Below are positions 28,899 through 39,426 of a DNA stretch of 64,000 nt, piece by piece. Where the stretch lies: the NCBI GenBank assembly GCA_963755715.1, contig CAVWLW010000072.1:1-64000 (forward strand). The letters are read 5' to 3'. The first letter of the stretch is position 1. Every line of letters starts with the position of its first letter. The notes below the pieces were generated by a model. That model worked only from the letters and a program-made list of their open reading frames with translations, did not search any database and was not told the DNA's origin. This stretch comes from an uncultured delta proteobacterium. Its GTDB lineage: Bacteria; Desulfobacterota; Binatia; UBA9968. Both the position numbers and the translations under genes were made by a program.

Positions 28899-29988
28899 TC
28901 AACTCGCCGCCTTGTAAACACTGCCCATTTGGCTCGCGACGCCGCGTTTCGCCAATTCCGCTTCGAACATCTGCGCGGATGCGCGGCTCTTCGTCCTCGT
29001 ACTCGATTTGATCGCCGCCGTTTTTGACGCTCTCCGACGTGCCCCACTGTTTACGTAAGCCGGGAAACTTTCGGCTGCTGAATGGTTTGAGCGCCAGATA
29101 GCGCGCCGGCTCGCCGCCGATGTTGAAGTGCTGATGAAACCACCGTTCCGGTGGCACGAGCAGGCTGCCGGCGCGCCAGTTGTAGCGTTTGATATCGTCG
29201 CCCTCGCGCCACACCAGCGAAAATCCTTCGCCCTTGAGGATGATGACGTGCGCGCCGGCGCCGTGGCGATGCGCCTTTTTATAGGTTCCAACCGGAAACT
29301 GAGAAATATGCGCCGACATGACGTTGTTCGACATCTCGATCATCAGCATCTTGCCGCCCGCGCCGCGATCTCTTCTTTCGGGCAATTCATAGGCACGCAC
29401 GTCACGAACGAAATTCGTGTCGTGAAATCCCTCGCCGGGAATCTTCGCCTGGCCGCTGAAGAAATCTTCCTCTCCGGCATAGCGGTCGGTGAAACGAAAG
29501 TCACAGTTAAAAACGAAATCGATGTTGTGATAGAGATTTAGCACCGTCGGCGCGTTGGTCATCGCCAAGAGCCGCACGGGCTTATCACCCTGGCCGTTGA
29601 AATGCTGATACCAGGCGTTGAGCGGCGGTGAAAACAGCGCGCCCTCGCCCCATTCGAAAGTTTGTTTTTTACCGCCTTCTTGCCAGACCGTCGTCGCGCC
29701 GCGGCCGCTGACGACATAAATCAGCGCCTCAAACATGTGCTTCTGCGGCTCGAGAGACTTTCCCGGCGCGATCTCGCAGATAAAGCAGTCGTCGACGCCT
29801 TCGGAGCCCTCCAAATTGAGATAAGCGCCGCGGCCGCCAACGCGCGCCCAAGGCTGCAGGCCGACTGCGTTGATGTCTTCGATGTGAAACCCGGTTACCG
29901 TAGGCACGCCTTCTTTCTCGAGGAAGATTTGGTAAGTGGTCTTCGCGCCCAGCTCGTTGCCCGCGCGCTTGAGATTGGTTGCAGCCAT
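28899..29988 (-). CDS. Two-domain cupin protein; indel at about 28972
   Basis: PQKHMFE, SPPLNAWYQHFN, YKKAHRHG, PERWFHQHFN, QIEYEDE; true end QMFEAELAKRGVASQMGSVYKAAS*. Confidence 0.85.
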
Positions 29989-30224
29989 GATCGGTTTCCT
30001 TTCCGCTGATTTAATGTCGCCGCCGATGTACGGCGTACTTTTCTTGTATTACGGCGCGTCGAGCGGGGTCAAGCCGACTTCGACGCAAGCAACGCACGGA
30101 AGCTAAGATATTCAGGCCGAGTATCTACTGCCCGCCTCAGAACGGTTCGCCGTCTAACTTTGGCTCGAAATGACACGATCTTTCTTTTTCAGACCCAGTT
30201 TTTCCCGAAACAAGAAATTTTTTG

Positions 30225-30252
30225 TTGACGTTTTTCGGTTTTGGAGTAAGCT
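30225..30252 (+). promoter_or_regulatory. Putative sigma70 promoter
   Basis: TTGACG-N16-TAAGCT after an AT-rich UP-like tract. Confidence 0.4.
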
Positions 30253-30404
30253 ATTGCACATTGAATGATCTCAGACCGCCGCTGACCCTATGCTTGGGAA
30301 CCCTAGGTGGGACTGCCATCGAACAGAAGAGCCAAGCTCCAATCAAAATCTCTTACTCGCCGTCGACTCATTAACCTGTGCAGCTCTTTGAGCTCGTCAA
30401 ACTT

Positions 30405-30965
30405 ATGATCGAACAAACCTCTGGATTTTATGCTCGTGCGTTGCGAGTGATCGGTCAAGACCTGGCTGACTTGGTTCCGGAAAATGTTACGATCGAGCTT
30501 CAGGATGAGACCTTCATCGCTCATGGCCTGTGCACGAAAAGTAGAATCGATGAAAAAAATGCTTCTTCGCTGGCGAGTCTCAAAAAGGCTTTCGGCAAAA
30601 TGGCCGCAGCGATCGTCCGGCCGCCGATACACGAGCCTGAATTGGAATTCGTGCCGTTCACGCGAACCTACAATAGTGATGACATCGATCGCCTGGACGA
30701 GCAAGCAACGAATCAGCGCGGCTACACCGACGGCATGCCCGACATCTACACGCTGGGCGAACGATTGCGGACAATTGGCAAAGTGATCGATGCGCGAAAA
30801 GGCCGGATCGTCAGAGTCTTCAAAGACTTGCATCAAATCGTGTTCGAGTATCGGGACGCTGACGGCCAATCGCGCAAAGAGGAACTGGACAACACCGAGT
30901 TGTATCAACTGCAGCAGCGCTACGCAGCAGAGCGCACCGGCGTCGAGGCGGACGAGTCGACCTAG
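30405..30965 (+). CDS. Hypothetical protein, paralog A, internal duplication
   Basis: Similar to downstream ORF (FYARALRVIGQDL; PDI..LGERLRTIG.VID). Confidence 0.8.
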   Translation: MIEQTSGFYARALRVIGQDLADLVPENVTIELQDETFIAHGLCTKSRIDEKNASSLASLKKAFGKMAAAIVRPPIHEPELEFVPFTRTYNSDDIDRLDEQATNQRGYTDGMPDIYTLGERLRTIGKVIDARKGRIVRVFKDLHQIVFEYRDADGQSRKEELDNTELYQLQQRYAAERTGVEADEST

Positions 30966-31178
30966 CTTCATTACGACAAAGATACTCTCTCGCGCTCCGA
31001 TGGCGTTTGCGAGAAAAAACATTCCATTCGCGCCCCGCCCGGTAAGTTTTCGGGAATTTGCTGCCCGTTTGATCGCTGATTCTCAATCGCCCATGGATTC
31101 GCGAATTTCCGGCAGACCAGCCGGCACCCCGCTCACGCGGTTAAGTGATCAAGCAAACGGCCGATTTTTTTAACTATC

Positions 31179-31775
31179 GTGAAATTACCGGAATCCTTCA
31201 AAGTAAAGTCGAGCGACAGCGGCGGATATTTCGCCCGCGCGCTCCGAGCGATCGGCCAGGATCTAAACGAGTTGATCCCGCATCAAGTGGAAATTGTCTA
31301 TAAAGAGGAGAGCTTCGAAACGCAGGTTCGGTGCGATCGCAAACGGGCGGAAAAAAAGAGTCCTCCAGCGGAGAAATCGGGTCTAAAAAACGTCTTCCAC
31401 AAACTCGCCACTTATCGCCTCGATAAAGCGCCGGAAGGCGCCGATACGGCGACTTATGAGCACAGCTATCACCCTGAAGAAGTAAACCAATTGGATCGCG
31501 CCGGGTTGCATCGTCGGGCCCAAGCCGGCAAAGTCCCCGATATCAACAACCTCGGTGAAGCCCTTCGAACCATCGGCAGAATCATCGACGCCGCGGACGG
31601 CCAGTTAGTTAGAATATTTAAAGACCAGCGCCGCGTCGCCTTCGACTATGTGGACAAGAAAGGCGCGACCATCAAAACCGAGATGACTCGATCCGAATTG
31701 TTCAAAATTCAGCAGAGTTATTACGGGAACCGTAGCGGATCAAAAAACATCGATCTGTGGAGGGGTCACGACTGA
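31179..31775 (+). CDS. Hypothetical protein, paralog B, internal duplication
   Basis: YFARALRAIGQDL; PDINNLGEALRTIGRIID; RIFKDQ; ELFKIQQSY. Confidence 0.8.
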   Translation: MKLPESFKVKSSDSGGYFARALRAIGQDLNELIPHQVEIVYKEESFETQVRCDRKRAEKKSPPAEKSGLKNVFHKLATYRLDKAPEGADTATYEHSYHPEEVNQLDRAGLHRRAQAGKVPDINNLGEALRTIGRIIDAADGQLVRIFKDQRRVAFDYVDKKGATIKTEMTRSELFKIQQSYYGNRSGSKNIDLWRGHD

Positions 31776-31905
31776 CCGCGAGTTCGCTCGCCTTTAATCC
31801 GACGCCAATCCAGCAAAAGCCAATCCGTTCTTCTCCCTCGATGAAGTCCGTTGTGCTTGGACTCGTCTTCTTACGTGGAATTCAACGAAGATGCCGGGCA
31901 AGATG

Positions 31906-32766
31906 TCACGGCAGACGCAGCTTCGGATCGAGGGCGTCGCGTAGCGAATCACCGAAGACGTTGAAAGCGAACACGGCGAGACTGATCGCCAAGCCGGGAA
32001 AAAGCGCCATCCAAGGCGCCCGCTCGGCGAATTCCACCGCCGCGCCGCGCAGCATCAAACCCCAAGCCGCCGCCGGCTCGGCGACACCCAAACCAAGAAA
32101 GGACAAGGACGCTTCGAGCAAGATCGCCTGGCCGAGAAATGCCGTTAACATGATCAAATAGGGCGCCATCACGTTGGGCAACAGGTGGCGGGAAATAATC
32201 CGCCAGTGACTCGCACCAAGGATCAGCGCCGCTTCAATAAAGAGCATCTGGCGCAACGCCAGCGCGCTGCTGCGCACCACCAACGCGGCGCGCGGAATCA
32301 TCGGGATCGAGATCGCCAGTATGACGTTCCAAACACCGGAGCCTAAAACCGCCACGACCACGAGCGCCAACACGATCAAAGGAAACGACAATAAGATATC
32401 CATGAGGCGCTGCATCAGCAGATCGATTTTGCCGCCGAAGTAGGCGCAGGACGCACCGATCAGAGCGCCGATGGTCGTGCCGACGAGAGACGAGCAAAAG
32501 CCCACCCACAGAGCGGTGCGCGAGCCGTAAAGGATGCGCGACAGCACATCGCGGCCGAAAGAATCCGTACCGAGCCAATGCCGCGCGCCCGGCGCCTGAA
32601 ACATGGCGCCGTAGTCGTTTTCCAAGGGATCGTAGGGTGAGAGAAAATTTGCCAGCAGCGCGGCGATAATCATGAGCAGAATGATCGCCGCGCCGGCGCC
32701 GCCCAGCGGACGGTCACAAACGAAATTGCCGGCGATCCCAAACCACCGTCGAAGCATTGCGCGCAT
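31906..32766 (-). CDS. Dipeptide/oligopeptide ABC permease (DppC-like)
   Basis: LGTDSFGRDVLSR, FIEAA..LGA EAA loop, EASLSFLGLG. Confidence 0.93.
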   Translation of the reverse strand: MRAMLRRWFGIAGNFVCDRPLGGAGAAIILLMIIAALLANFLSPYDPLENDYGAMFQAPGARHWLGTDSFGRDVLSRILYGSRTALWVGFCSSLVGTTIGALIGASCAYFGGKIDLLMQRLMDILLSFPLIVLALVVVAVLGSGVWNVILAISIPMIPRAALVVRSSALALRQMLFIEAALILGASHWRIISRHLLPNVMAPYLIMLTAFLGQAILLEASLSFLGLGVAEPAAAWGLMLRGAAVEFAERAPWMALFPGLAISLAVFAFNVFGDSLRDALDPKLRLP

Positions 32767-32792
32767 CGATTCAGCTCGGATCTATAAAACGA

Positions 32793-33746
32793 CTAGCGAT
32801 AATGAATTCGGGGATCGAGCCAGGCGTAGAGCAAGTCGATCAAGAAGTTCATGAAAATAAAGACGAAGGAGACGAGCAGGACCAATGCCTGGGTCATCGT
32901 GTAGTCGCGATGAGTGATCGATTCGACGAACAGCATGCCGATACCGTTTAGATTGAACACCTGCTCGGTCACGACCAGACCGCCGATCAGAAAAGCGAAC
33001 TCCAAGCCGATCACCGTCACGATCGGCAAAAGCGCGTTGCTGAGCGCGTGCTTGACGACCACCGCGCGCTCCCAAAGCCCTTTCGCCCGCGCCGTGCGCA
33101 CGTAGTCCTCGCGCAATACTTCCAAAACCGACGAACGGGTCATGCGCGTCGCCATGGCGGAATAGCGGTAGCCGACGGCCAGCGCCGGCCAAATGAGCTG
33201 CGCCAAATTGGCGCGCGGATCAGTCCAGAATGACGTGAACGTCAGCGGCGGCATCCATTTGAAAAAGATAAGAAAGCCGAGAATGATCACGATGCCGAGC
33301 CAGAACGACGGCATGGCGAGTCCGCCGATGGAAAAAATCCGCACGGCGTAATCGACCCAGGTATCCTGCTTGAGCGCTGCCAGCGTTCCTAGAGGAATCG
33401 CTAGCAGCATCGCCACCACAGTCGCCATGACCGCCAGCTGTAAACTCAATTCGAGACGAATCTTGATTTCTTGGGTAATCGGCTGCCCCGTCCACATCGA
33501 GTTGCCGAAGTCGAAGCGCGCGACTCCGGCGATCCAATTGACAAACTGTTGCGCCAACGGTTTGTCGAGCCCCAACTGCTTGCGCTCCCGATCGAGCGCT
33601 TCTTTGGGGGCAAAGGTGCCGCTGCCGGCGTACTTCAGCTCGACGATGTCGCCAGGCGCCACCCGCAGCAGAAAAAAAACCAACAGGGCAACGCCGAACA
33701 AGGTCGGGATCATCAGCAACAAGCGCTTAATCACGTACTGGCGCAT
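32793..33746 (-). CDS. Dipeptide/oligopeptide ABC permease (DppB-like)
   Basis: PGD, LGLDKP, EDYVRTARAKGL, HALSNA, LDPRI. Confidence 0.94.
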   Translation of the reverse strand: MRQYVIKRLLLMIPTLFGVALLVFFLLRVAPGDIVELKYAGSGTFAPKEALDRERKQLGLDKPLAQQFVNWIAGVARFDFGNSMWTGQPITQEIKIRLELSLQLAVMATVVAMLLAIPLGTLAALKQDTWVDYAVRIFSIGGLAMPSFWLGIVIILGFLIFFKWMPPLTFTSFWTDPRANLAQLIWPALAVGYRYSAMATRMTRSSVLEVLREDYVRTARAKGLWERAVVVKHALSNALLPIVTVIGLEFAFLIGGLVVTEQVFNLNGIGMLFVESITHRDYTMTQALVLLVSFVFIFMNFLIDLLYAWLDPRIHYR

Positions 33747-33756
33747 CCATCAACTC

Positions 33757-33791
33757 TTTAATTTTCAATTTTTAATTCTGCATTTTTAATT
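33757..33791. repeat. AT-rich 7-bp tandem repeat x5
   Basis: tttaatt ttcaatt tttaatt ctgcatt tttaatt between binding-protein and permease genes. Confidence 0.75.
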
Positions 33792-33794
33792 TCT

Positions 33795-35411
33795 TCACTG
33801 CGCCAGCCACACGTCGCGCAGGTCCTGGTTCACGTAGTGGCTCGGCCCGATTTTCCAGCCCTTGAGCCGGCTGCTGTGCGGCACAATCCGCTGCCACCAG
33901 AGCAGCGGGAATTGATAAGCTTGCTCGCCGATGGCGCGCCTTTCCATTTGCCGGATAAGCGGCAAGCGTTCTTTTAGATCGAGCATGCGGCTCTGGCGCT
34001 CGTAAAGCTCGTCGAGAGTCGCGTCTTTGTAGCGCGCGTAGTTCACCGCGCTGGCTTCGCTGCTCAGGTACTTGAGCAAATAGAGATCGGGCTCGTCCAT
34101 GAACTCGCAGTCGAAATCGACGCCCGCGTCGAAATTTCCCTGGCGCAGATCGTTGAAATAGGGTCCACCCTCGAGCGGCATGTGCGTGACGTTCAAGCCG
34201 ATCTTGCGCCACTGATCGACGACGTAAACGCCGCTGACTTCGTAAGGCTCTTTGACGTTGCGGTTTTTCAAGACAAACGAGAACCCCTCCGGCACGCCGG
34301 CTTCCTTGAGCAACTTCTTGGCTTCTGCGCGAGCCGCGTTAATATCCTTGCCGAAACCGGGGAGCTTGACGAGCTCCGCTGGCGGCGTCGCGAACTCCGA
34401 TCCCGGCCGGAACACACCGCCGACATATTTCATCACCGAGATCTGCGACAGTGCCTTCGACGCTTCGTTGCGGTCGATGGCCAGAGTCAAGGCGCGCCGC
34501 ACGCGCGCATCGCTGAACGGCTTTTTCTCGTTGTTGAGCGTCAGCAAAATATTGCACGCCCACGGACTCTCTTGCACAACCGCTTTATTGCCGAGCGTTT
34601 TCACGATGTCGTCGCGCGCCGCCGGATTGAAGCCGCGAAACTCGACGATCGCTTGGCCGCTCCGCACCGCCGCGACTCTCGGCGCCGTGTCGCGGATGAA
34701 GATCGCCCGAAAGCCGTCGAGATAGGGGCGCCCCGGCATGAAATAGTTGGGATTTTTCTTGCCGGTCCAATGGGAACCGGCCACGTGCTCACCGAAGATG
34801 AACGGCCCCGATCCCATCACGTTTTTCTCATACCAGCGCGGATCTTTTTTCAGGCGCTCGGCGCTGTAGATGAAGTTCCACGGCGAGGCGAGGTTGGCGA
34901 GAAACGACGCCGCGATGTGTTTCAGCTTGAAGACAACGGTCGAATCGTCGGGCGCTTCGACTTTGTCGACCATTACGTACAAGGCCTTGCGCGCGCTGGC
35001 GACGCCTTCGGGCGGAAAAATAATCTTGTCGTAGGTCGCCTTGACGTCTTGCGCCGTGAGCGGCGTGCCATCGTGAAACTTGATCCCTTTGCGGATCTTG
35101 ACGGTCAGCGTCAAACCATCGCGCGAGAAAGACCAACTTTCCGCGACATCACCGACGATCTTGGGATAGTTTTGCGGATCGAAGCGCAGCAACGTGCTGT
35201 AATGCGGCGCCACGGGATGAAGCATGCCGAAAGTCGTTTCGCGATGGCCGTCGAACGAGGGCGGAATTTCCCCGACGGCAAAAACCAGCTCGCCGCCCGA
35301 GCGCGGACTTTCAGCGGCGCGTGCCGCGGCGGGAAGAGCGAGCAGCCAGCCGATCGCCAGCAACAGTTTCGCCCGATGACATGCGCGCCGCACTTTTTGC
35401 AGATTGGACAT
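33795..35411 (-). CDS. Family 5 (DppA/OppA-like) ABC substrate-binding protein
   Basis: GDVAESW, KFHDGTPLTAQDV, GSGPF, PFSDARVRRAL, AKKLLKEAG. Confidence 0.93.
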   Translation of the reverse strand: MSNLQKVRRACHRAKLLLAIGWLLALPAAARAAESPRSGGELVFAVGEIPPSFDGHRETTFGMLHPVAPHYSTLLRFDPQNYPKIVGDVAESWSFSRDGLTLTVKIRKGIKFHDGTPLTAQDVKATYDKIIFPPEGVASARKALYVMVDKVEAPDDSTVVFKLKHIAASFLANLASPWNFIYSAERLKKDPRWYEKNVMGSGPFIFGEHVAGSHWTGKKNPNYFMPGRPYLDGFRAIFIRDTAPRVAAVRSGQAIVEFRGFNPAARDDIVKTLGNKAVVQESPWACNILLTLNNEKKPFSDARVRRALTLAIDRNEASKALSQISVMKYVGGVFRPGSEFATPPAELVKLPGFGKDINAARAEAKKLLKEAGVPEGFSFVLKNRNVKEPYEVSGVYVVDQWRKIGLNVTHMPLEGGPYFNDLRQGNFDAGVDFDCEFMDEPDLYLLKYLSSEASAVNYARYKDATLDELYERQSRMLDLKERLPLIRQMERRAIGEQAYQFPLLWWQRIVPHSSRLKGWKIGPSHYVNQDLRDVWLAQ

Positions 35412-35569
35412 GGATGATCTCCTGTGGAGAAAAAAACTTTCAATGCTGCGAGCGAAAATATGGGATTCGCCTTCGGAAAGTCAAGCTTGTCCTGCTCCTG
35501 ATTATCTACGAGTCAACGGCTACGATACGCTTGACGCTTGCCTTTTGTCTGCTCTAGTCTTGACAGCAA

Positions 35570-37416
35570 ATGATTATCCGCCGCCGAACACACCTTGTTT
35601 TACTGACGAAGTTTGCCGCCACGACTTTCTTGCCAATGGCCATCGCATGCGCGGCTTTGTCCGGCTGCGCGCTGACGAAACAAATTTCGCCGAACACCTA
35701 CCAGTCATCCAAGTCCGACCGAATCGCGCAAGCTCCATGAAATATTCGAGAGCTTTTTTGAGGCCGACCTCGCCCTCTTTCCCACTTTCGCCACGGAAAT
35801 CGGCGACCATCGCTATGACGACCAGCTCGAAGTTACCATCAGCGAAGAGCATATTGCCGAGCAGCGCCGCCTGTTTCAGCGCGCGCTCCGTCGTGCCGGC
35901 GAAATCAAATTAGCCGATGTCGATTCGCGCGACCGTCTCTATCTCGAAGTTTTTACGCGCAATTTGCAGCTCGCCCTCGACGGTCTACGGTTTAAACAAC
36001 AGCTCATGCCGGTGCGCCAACTGGCAAATCTCGCCGTCGAATTTCCATTGCTTGGCTCCGGCGCCGGCGCCCATCCATTTCGAACGGTCACCGACTATGA
36101 AAATTTTCTAAAGCGCATCGACGCATTTGAAACCTGGGTCGACACGGCGATCGCCAATATGCGCCAAGGCATCGCGGTCGGAGTCATACAGCCCAGAGTC
36201 GTCATCGAAAGAGCGCTGCCGCAAATTGCAGGCGATGATCGTCACCGATGCCAAAACAAGTTTGTTCTATCAGCCGGTTGTTCGCATGCCCGGCGAATTC
36301 AGTGAAGCCGATCGTAACCGCCTGACGCGCGCCTATACGGAAGCCATTGAGCAGCGCATCGTGCCCGCTTACCGACGTTTGCTGAGTTTCTTGGAAGGCG
36401 AATACCTCGACAAAAGCCGCAACACGGTGGCCTTATCCGACCTTCCGGACGGCAAAGCCTGGTATGAGTATCTGGTCAGGACTCAAACCACGACCGACTT
36501 GACCCCGGAAGAAATCTTTCAGTTGGGAATGAGCGAGATCGCCCGCATCAAAAAAGAAATGGAGCGGATGCGCGAGGAGAAGAACTTTACCGGCAGCTTG
36601 TCTGATTTCTCCCGCTACCTCAACGATCATGCGCCGCGCGGTTATCAAAGCCGGAGCGGCCTTATTCAAGGTTATGAGACGATCCGACGCACCGTGGCGC
36701 CCGGGGTCGCAAAACTCTTTGGCCATGCGCCCAAGGCGCCGTTTGAAATCCGCACGATCGAAGAATTCCGAGAGAGATCGGCGCCCTCGCAGTATTGGTC
36801 CGCTGCGCCCGATGGTTCGCGTCCGGGAATCTTTTACGTCAACGCCGCGGGTATCGAGACCAATCCGCGCGCCGCTTCCGAGCCGCTCTATCTTCACGAA
36901 GCGGTTCCTGGCCATCACTTTCAGATCTCGTTGCAACAGGAGCGCGAAGATCTGCCGCGTTTTCAGCGTTTCGCCGACTACAACGCCTTCATCGAAGGCT
37001 GGGCTCTCTACACCGAAAGCCTCGGTCCCGAGCTCGGACTTTACCAAGAACCATCGCAATACTTCAGCCGGCTCAGTTCCGAGCTGTTTCGCGCCGCTCG
37101 TCTGGTCGTCGATGTCGGGCTGCATCGCAAAGGTTGGAGTCGCGCGCAAGCGATCAATTTCTTGATGGATACCGCCCTAAGTAGCGAAAGCGGCGCGACT
37201 CTCGAAGTGGACCGTTACATCGCGGTTCCCGCGCAAGCCCTCGGCTATAAGATCGGCCAGCTCAGGATCGCGGCGATTCGATCGAAGGCCGAGAAGGCGC
37301 TCGGGGCGAAATTCGATATTCGCGCTTTTCACGATGAATTGCTGCGGGACGGCGCGCTGCCGCTCGACCTTCTCGAACAGAAAATGGACCGATGGATAGC
37401 CCTGAACTCTCGCTGA
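35570..37416 (+). CDS. DUF885 family lipoprotein (putative zinc peptidase); indels at about 35715 and 36224
   Basis: LSGC lipobox, GDHRYDDQL, HEAVPGHH, EGWALY, RAARLVVD, QALGYKIG, AFHD. Confidence 0.85.
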
Positions 37417-37575
37417 CGACGGCTTAGCGCGGCATCGCCCTAGCAAAAAAAGCGCACACGCTTCTCCTCAAGCAGACGACCTAGATGACACCGAACCTTG
37501 CGGCAGATCTATAGCGCAGATTTATCCTACCAAGTGGACTCCTAACGCCGGCGCGCTACAATAGGCTCTATCGCC

Positions 37576-38529
37576 ATGCGCGTCCCAAGACCCACCTCTG
37601 TCAATCAGCTGTCAATATTCAAAAGAGATCAGCTGGCGCCGCCGCGCCACGTCACCGGTAACGAGCGGCGCCGGGTAAATCCGAACCGCGGTGTGATCAA
37701 GCTCTCCGAGCGTTACGCGGATATATTTTTTTCCCGCTTCGTCTATCCCCTTTTCCGCCATATCTGGAGTCCTTACTGCTGGGTCCTTGATCGCCGATTT
37801 CGTCTCGTTGAATCGAAGCTCTCCCCACCGGCATGGCCCCAAGGCCTCACGCCGCTGCGCGTGCTGCTCATAACGGACATTCACGCGGGGATTTTTTTGA
37901 AACCACAGACCCTGCAGCGAATTACCCAGAGCTTGATGCAAACGAAGCCCGATCTGGTCGCCGTCGCTGGCGATCTCGTCACCGGCCACGTCAGTGAAGC
38001 GAGGGCGTATCGCGACGCGTTGTCACCGCTCACTGGAGCGCCCCTCGGCGCTTGGTTTTGTTTTGGCAACCATGATTATTTCGGCGGCAATCCCGATGAC
38101 CTGCGGGCAAATCTCGCGGCGATCGGGATCAAAACACTGAAGAATGAAAGCGTCTTACTGGCTCATGGCGGCAAGAGTTTCGTGCTCGGCGGCATCGATG
38201 ATCGGATCATGGGTAAGCCAAATTGGGACGGCGTCCTCGCCGCCCACGGCTCGCCGCATCTTTTGCTTTCGCACAATCCCGATCACTTCTACGAGGCCGA
38301 GGCGCGCGGCATTCCGTTGACCCTGTCGGGCCATACCCACGGCGGTCAAATACGCCTTCCCGGCGGCCCCGCGATCATACGGCAGAGCCGCTACTGTCTC
38401 GACGAAGGGGTCTATGCTTTTCGCTCCTCTTTGCTTGTCGTCTCGCGCGGCCTGGGCAGTGTCATGCTGCCGTTTCGTTGGGGCGCCGATCCGGAAGCCG
38501 TCCTGATCGAAATTGTTCCGCCCGATTGA
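37576..38529 (+). CDS. Calcineurin-like metallophosphoesterase (YkuE-like)
   Basis: TDIH, GDL, GNHD, SHNPD, GHTHGGQ, SRGLG. Confidence 0.93.
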   Translation: MRVPRPTSVNQLSIFKRDQLAPPRHVTGNERRRVNPNRGVIKLSERYADIFFSRFVYPLFRHIWSPYCWVLDRRFRLVESKLSPPAWPQGLTPLRVLLITDIHAGIFLKPQTLQRITQSLMQTKPDLVAVAGDLVTGHVSEARAYRDALSPLTGAPLGAWFCFGNHDYFGGNPDDLRANLAAIGIKTLKNESVLLAHGGKSFVLGGIDDRIMGKPNWDGVLAAHGSPHLLLSHNPDHFYEAEARGIPLTLSGHTHGGQIRLPGGPAIIRQSRYCLDEGVYAFRSSLLVVSRGLGSVMLPFRWGADPEAVLIEIVPPD

Positions 38530-39426
38530 TCAAGCGCGCGGCGCTTTGCCCTGCGGCAGCGCTTTGACTCCCATGAACCCACGAAGCGTTCGGCGCACCG
38601 GATTATTTTCGTCATCGAGCTTGACGAGGGTGAAATGATCCGTGCCTTTGAACACCAGTTGTTGAACCGCCTTATTACCCGCCGAGCGCAAAGCATCGGC
38701 GAACCGGTGCGCATCCAGCGGGAAACCGGTAAAGTCCTGGAAGGCATTGATGATCAAAAACGGTGGCGCATCGGCCCGGACGTAATGAACCGGCGAAGCC
38801 TGCCTGAGAATCTTCGGATCGCTGCCAAAATTTTTTTCAGTCGCCTGTCTCTGGTTATCCGAGACGTTCCACGAGGGCGCGAGATCGTAAAGGCCACTGA
38901 TCGAAATCACCCCTGCCAGCGCCTTCGGCGACAGCCCTTGCCGGTTGAGATAACCGCGATCCAATGCCACCAACGACGCCAAGTGGCCGCCAGCGGAGTG
39001 ACCGGCCAGATAAACGCGCTTGGGGTCGAAGCCGTATTGGCTGGCATGCTTGATCAAGTAGCCGACGGCGGCGGCAACGTCTTCCGCCTGCGCCGGATGC
39101 CGATAGGCTGGTGCCAGACGATAACGTACCAATGCTACCGCCACGCCGTCGCGGGACAGGTTGGCGGCGATGGACGGGCCGATTTGATATTCGTCGTCGG
39201 AGAGAAGCCAAAAACCGCCATGCACGAAAATAAATAGCGGCGGCTTCACCGTGGACGGCGGTGGCAAATAAAGATCAAGGCTCGTGCGCCGGTCGGCCGT
39301 CGTCGCGCCGCGGTAGGAAATATCTTTGATCACCGCGCTATTTTTCTCGGCGGATAAAGAAGCGGCCGGCGCCATTAGCGCCAAGCAAAACCAAAGCCCT
39401 CGGCAGGCGCGAATCGACTGCATCAA
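38530..39426 (-). CDS. Secreted HSL-like alpha/beta hydrolase (esterase/formamidase-like)
   Basis: Signal peptide, HGGFW, YRLAP, GHSAGG, DHF. Confidence 0.9.
   Translation of the reverse strand: MMQSIRACRGLWFCLALMAPAASLSAEKNSAVIKDISYRGATTADRRTSLDLYLPPPSTVKPPLFIFVHGGFWLLSDDEYQIGPSIAANLSRDGVAVALVRYRLAPAYRHPAQAEDVAAAVGYLIKHASQYGFDPKRVYLAGHSAGGHLASLVALDRGYLNRQGLSPKALAGVISISGLYDLAPSWNVSDNQRQATEKNFGSDPKILRQASPVHYVRADAPPFLIINAFQDFTGFPLDAHRFADALRSAGNKAVQQLVFKGTDHFTLVKLDDENNPVRRTLRGFMGVKALPQGKAPRA

Noticed and set aside
27919-29988. Apparent 689-aa cupin-SBP fusion protein
   Set aside because: Explained by an indel at about 28972; cupin has its own C-terminus and stop at 28899 and the SBP has its own GTG and signal peptide
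30268-30345. Minus-strand resemblance to 6S RNA 3' part (CCCACCT..GGTTC)
   Set aside because: No complementary 5' arm about 180 nt away; that position lies inside a CDS; needs Infernal to revisit
34182-35417. Long antisense ORFs (e.g. 411 aa here, 368 aa at 43461-44567, 333 aa at 59495-60496)
   Set aside because: Shadow ORFs opposite well-supported genes in GC-rich DNA; no motifs
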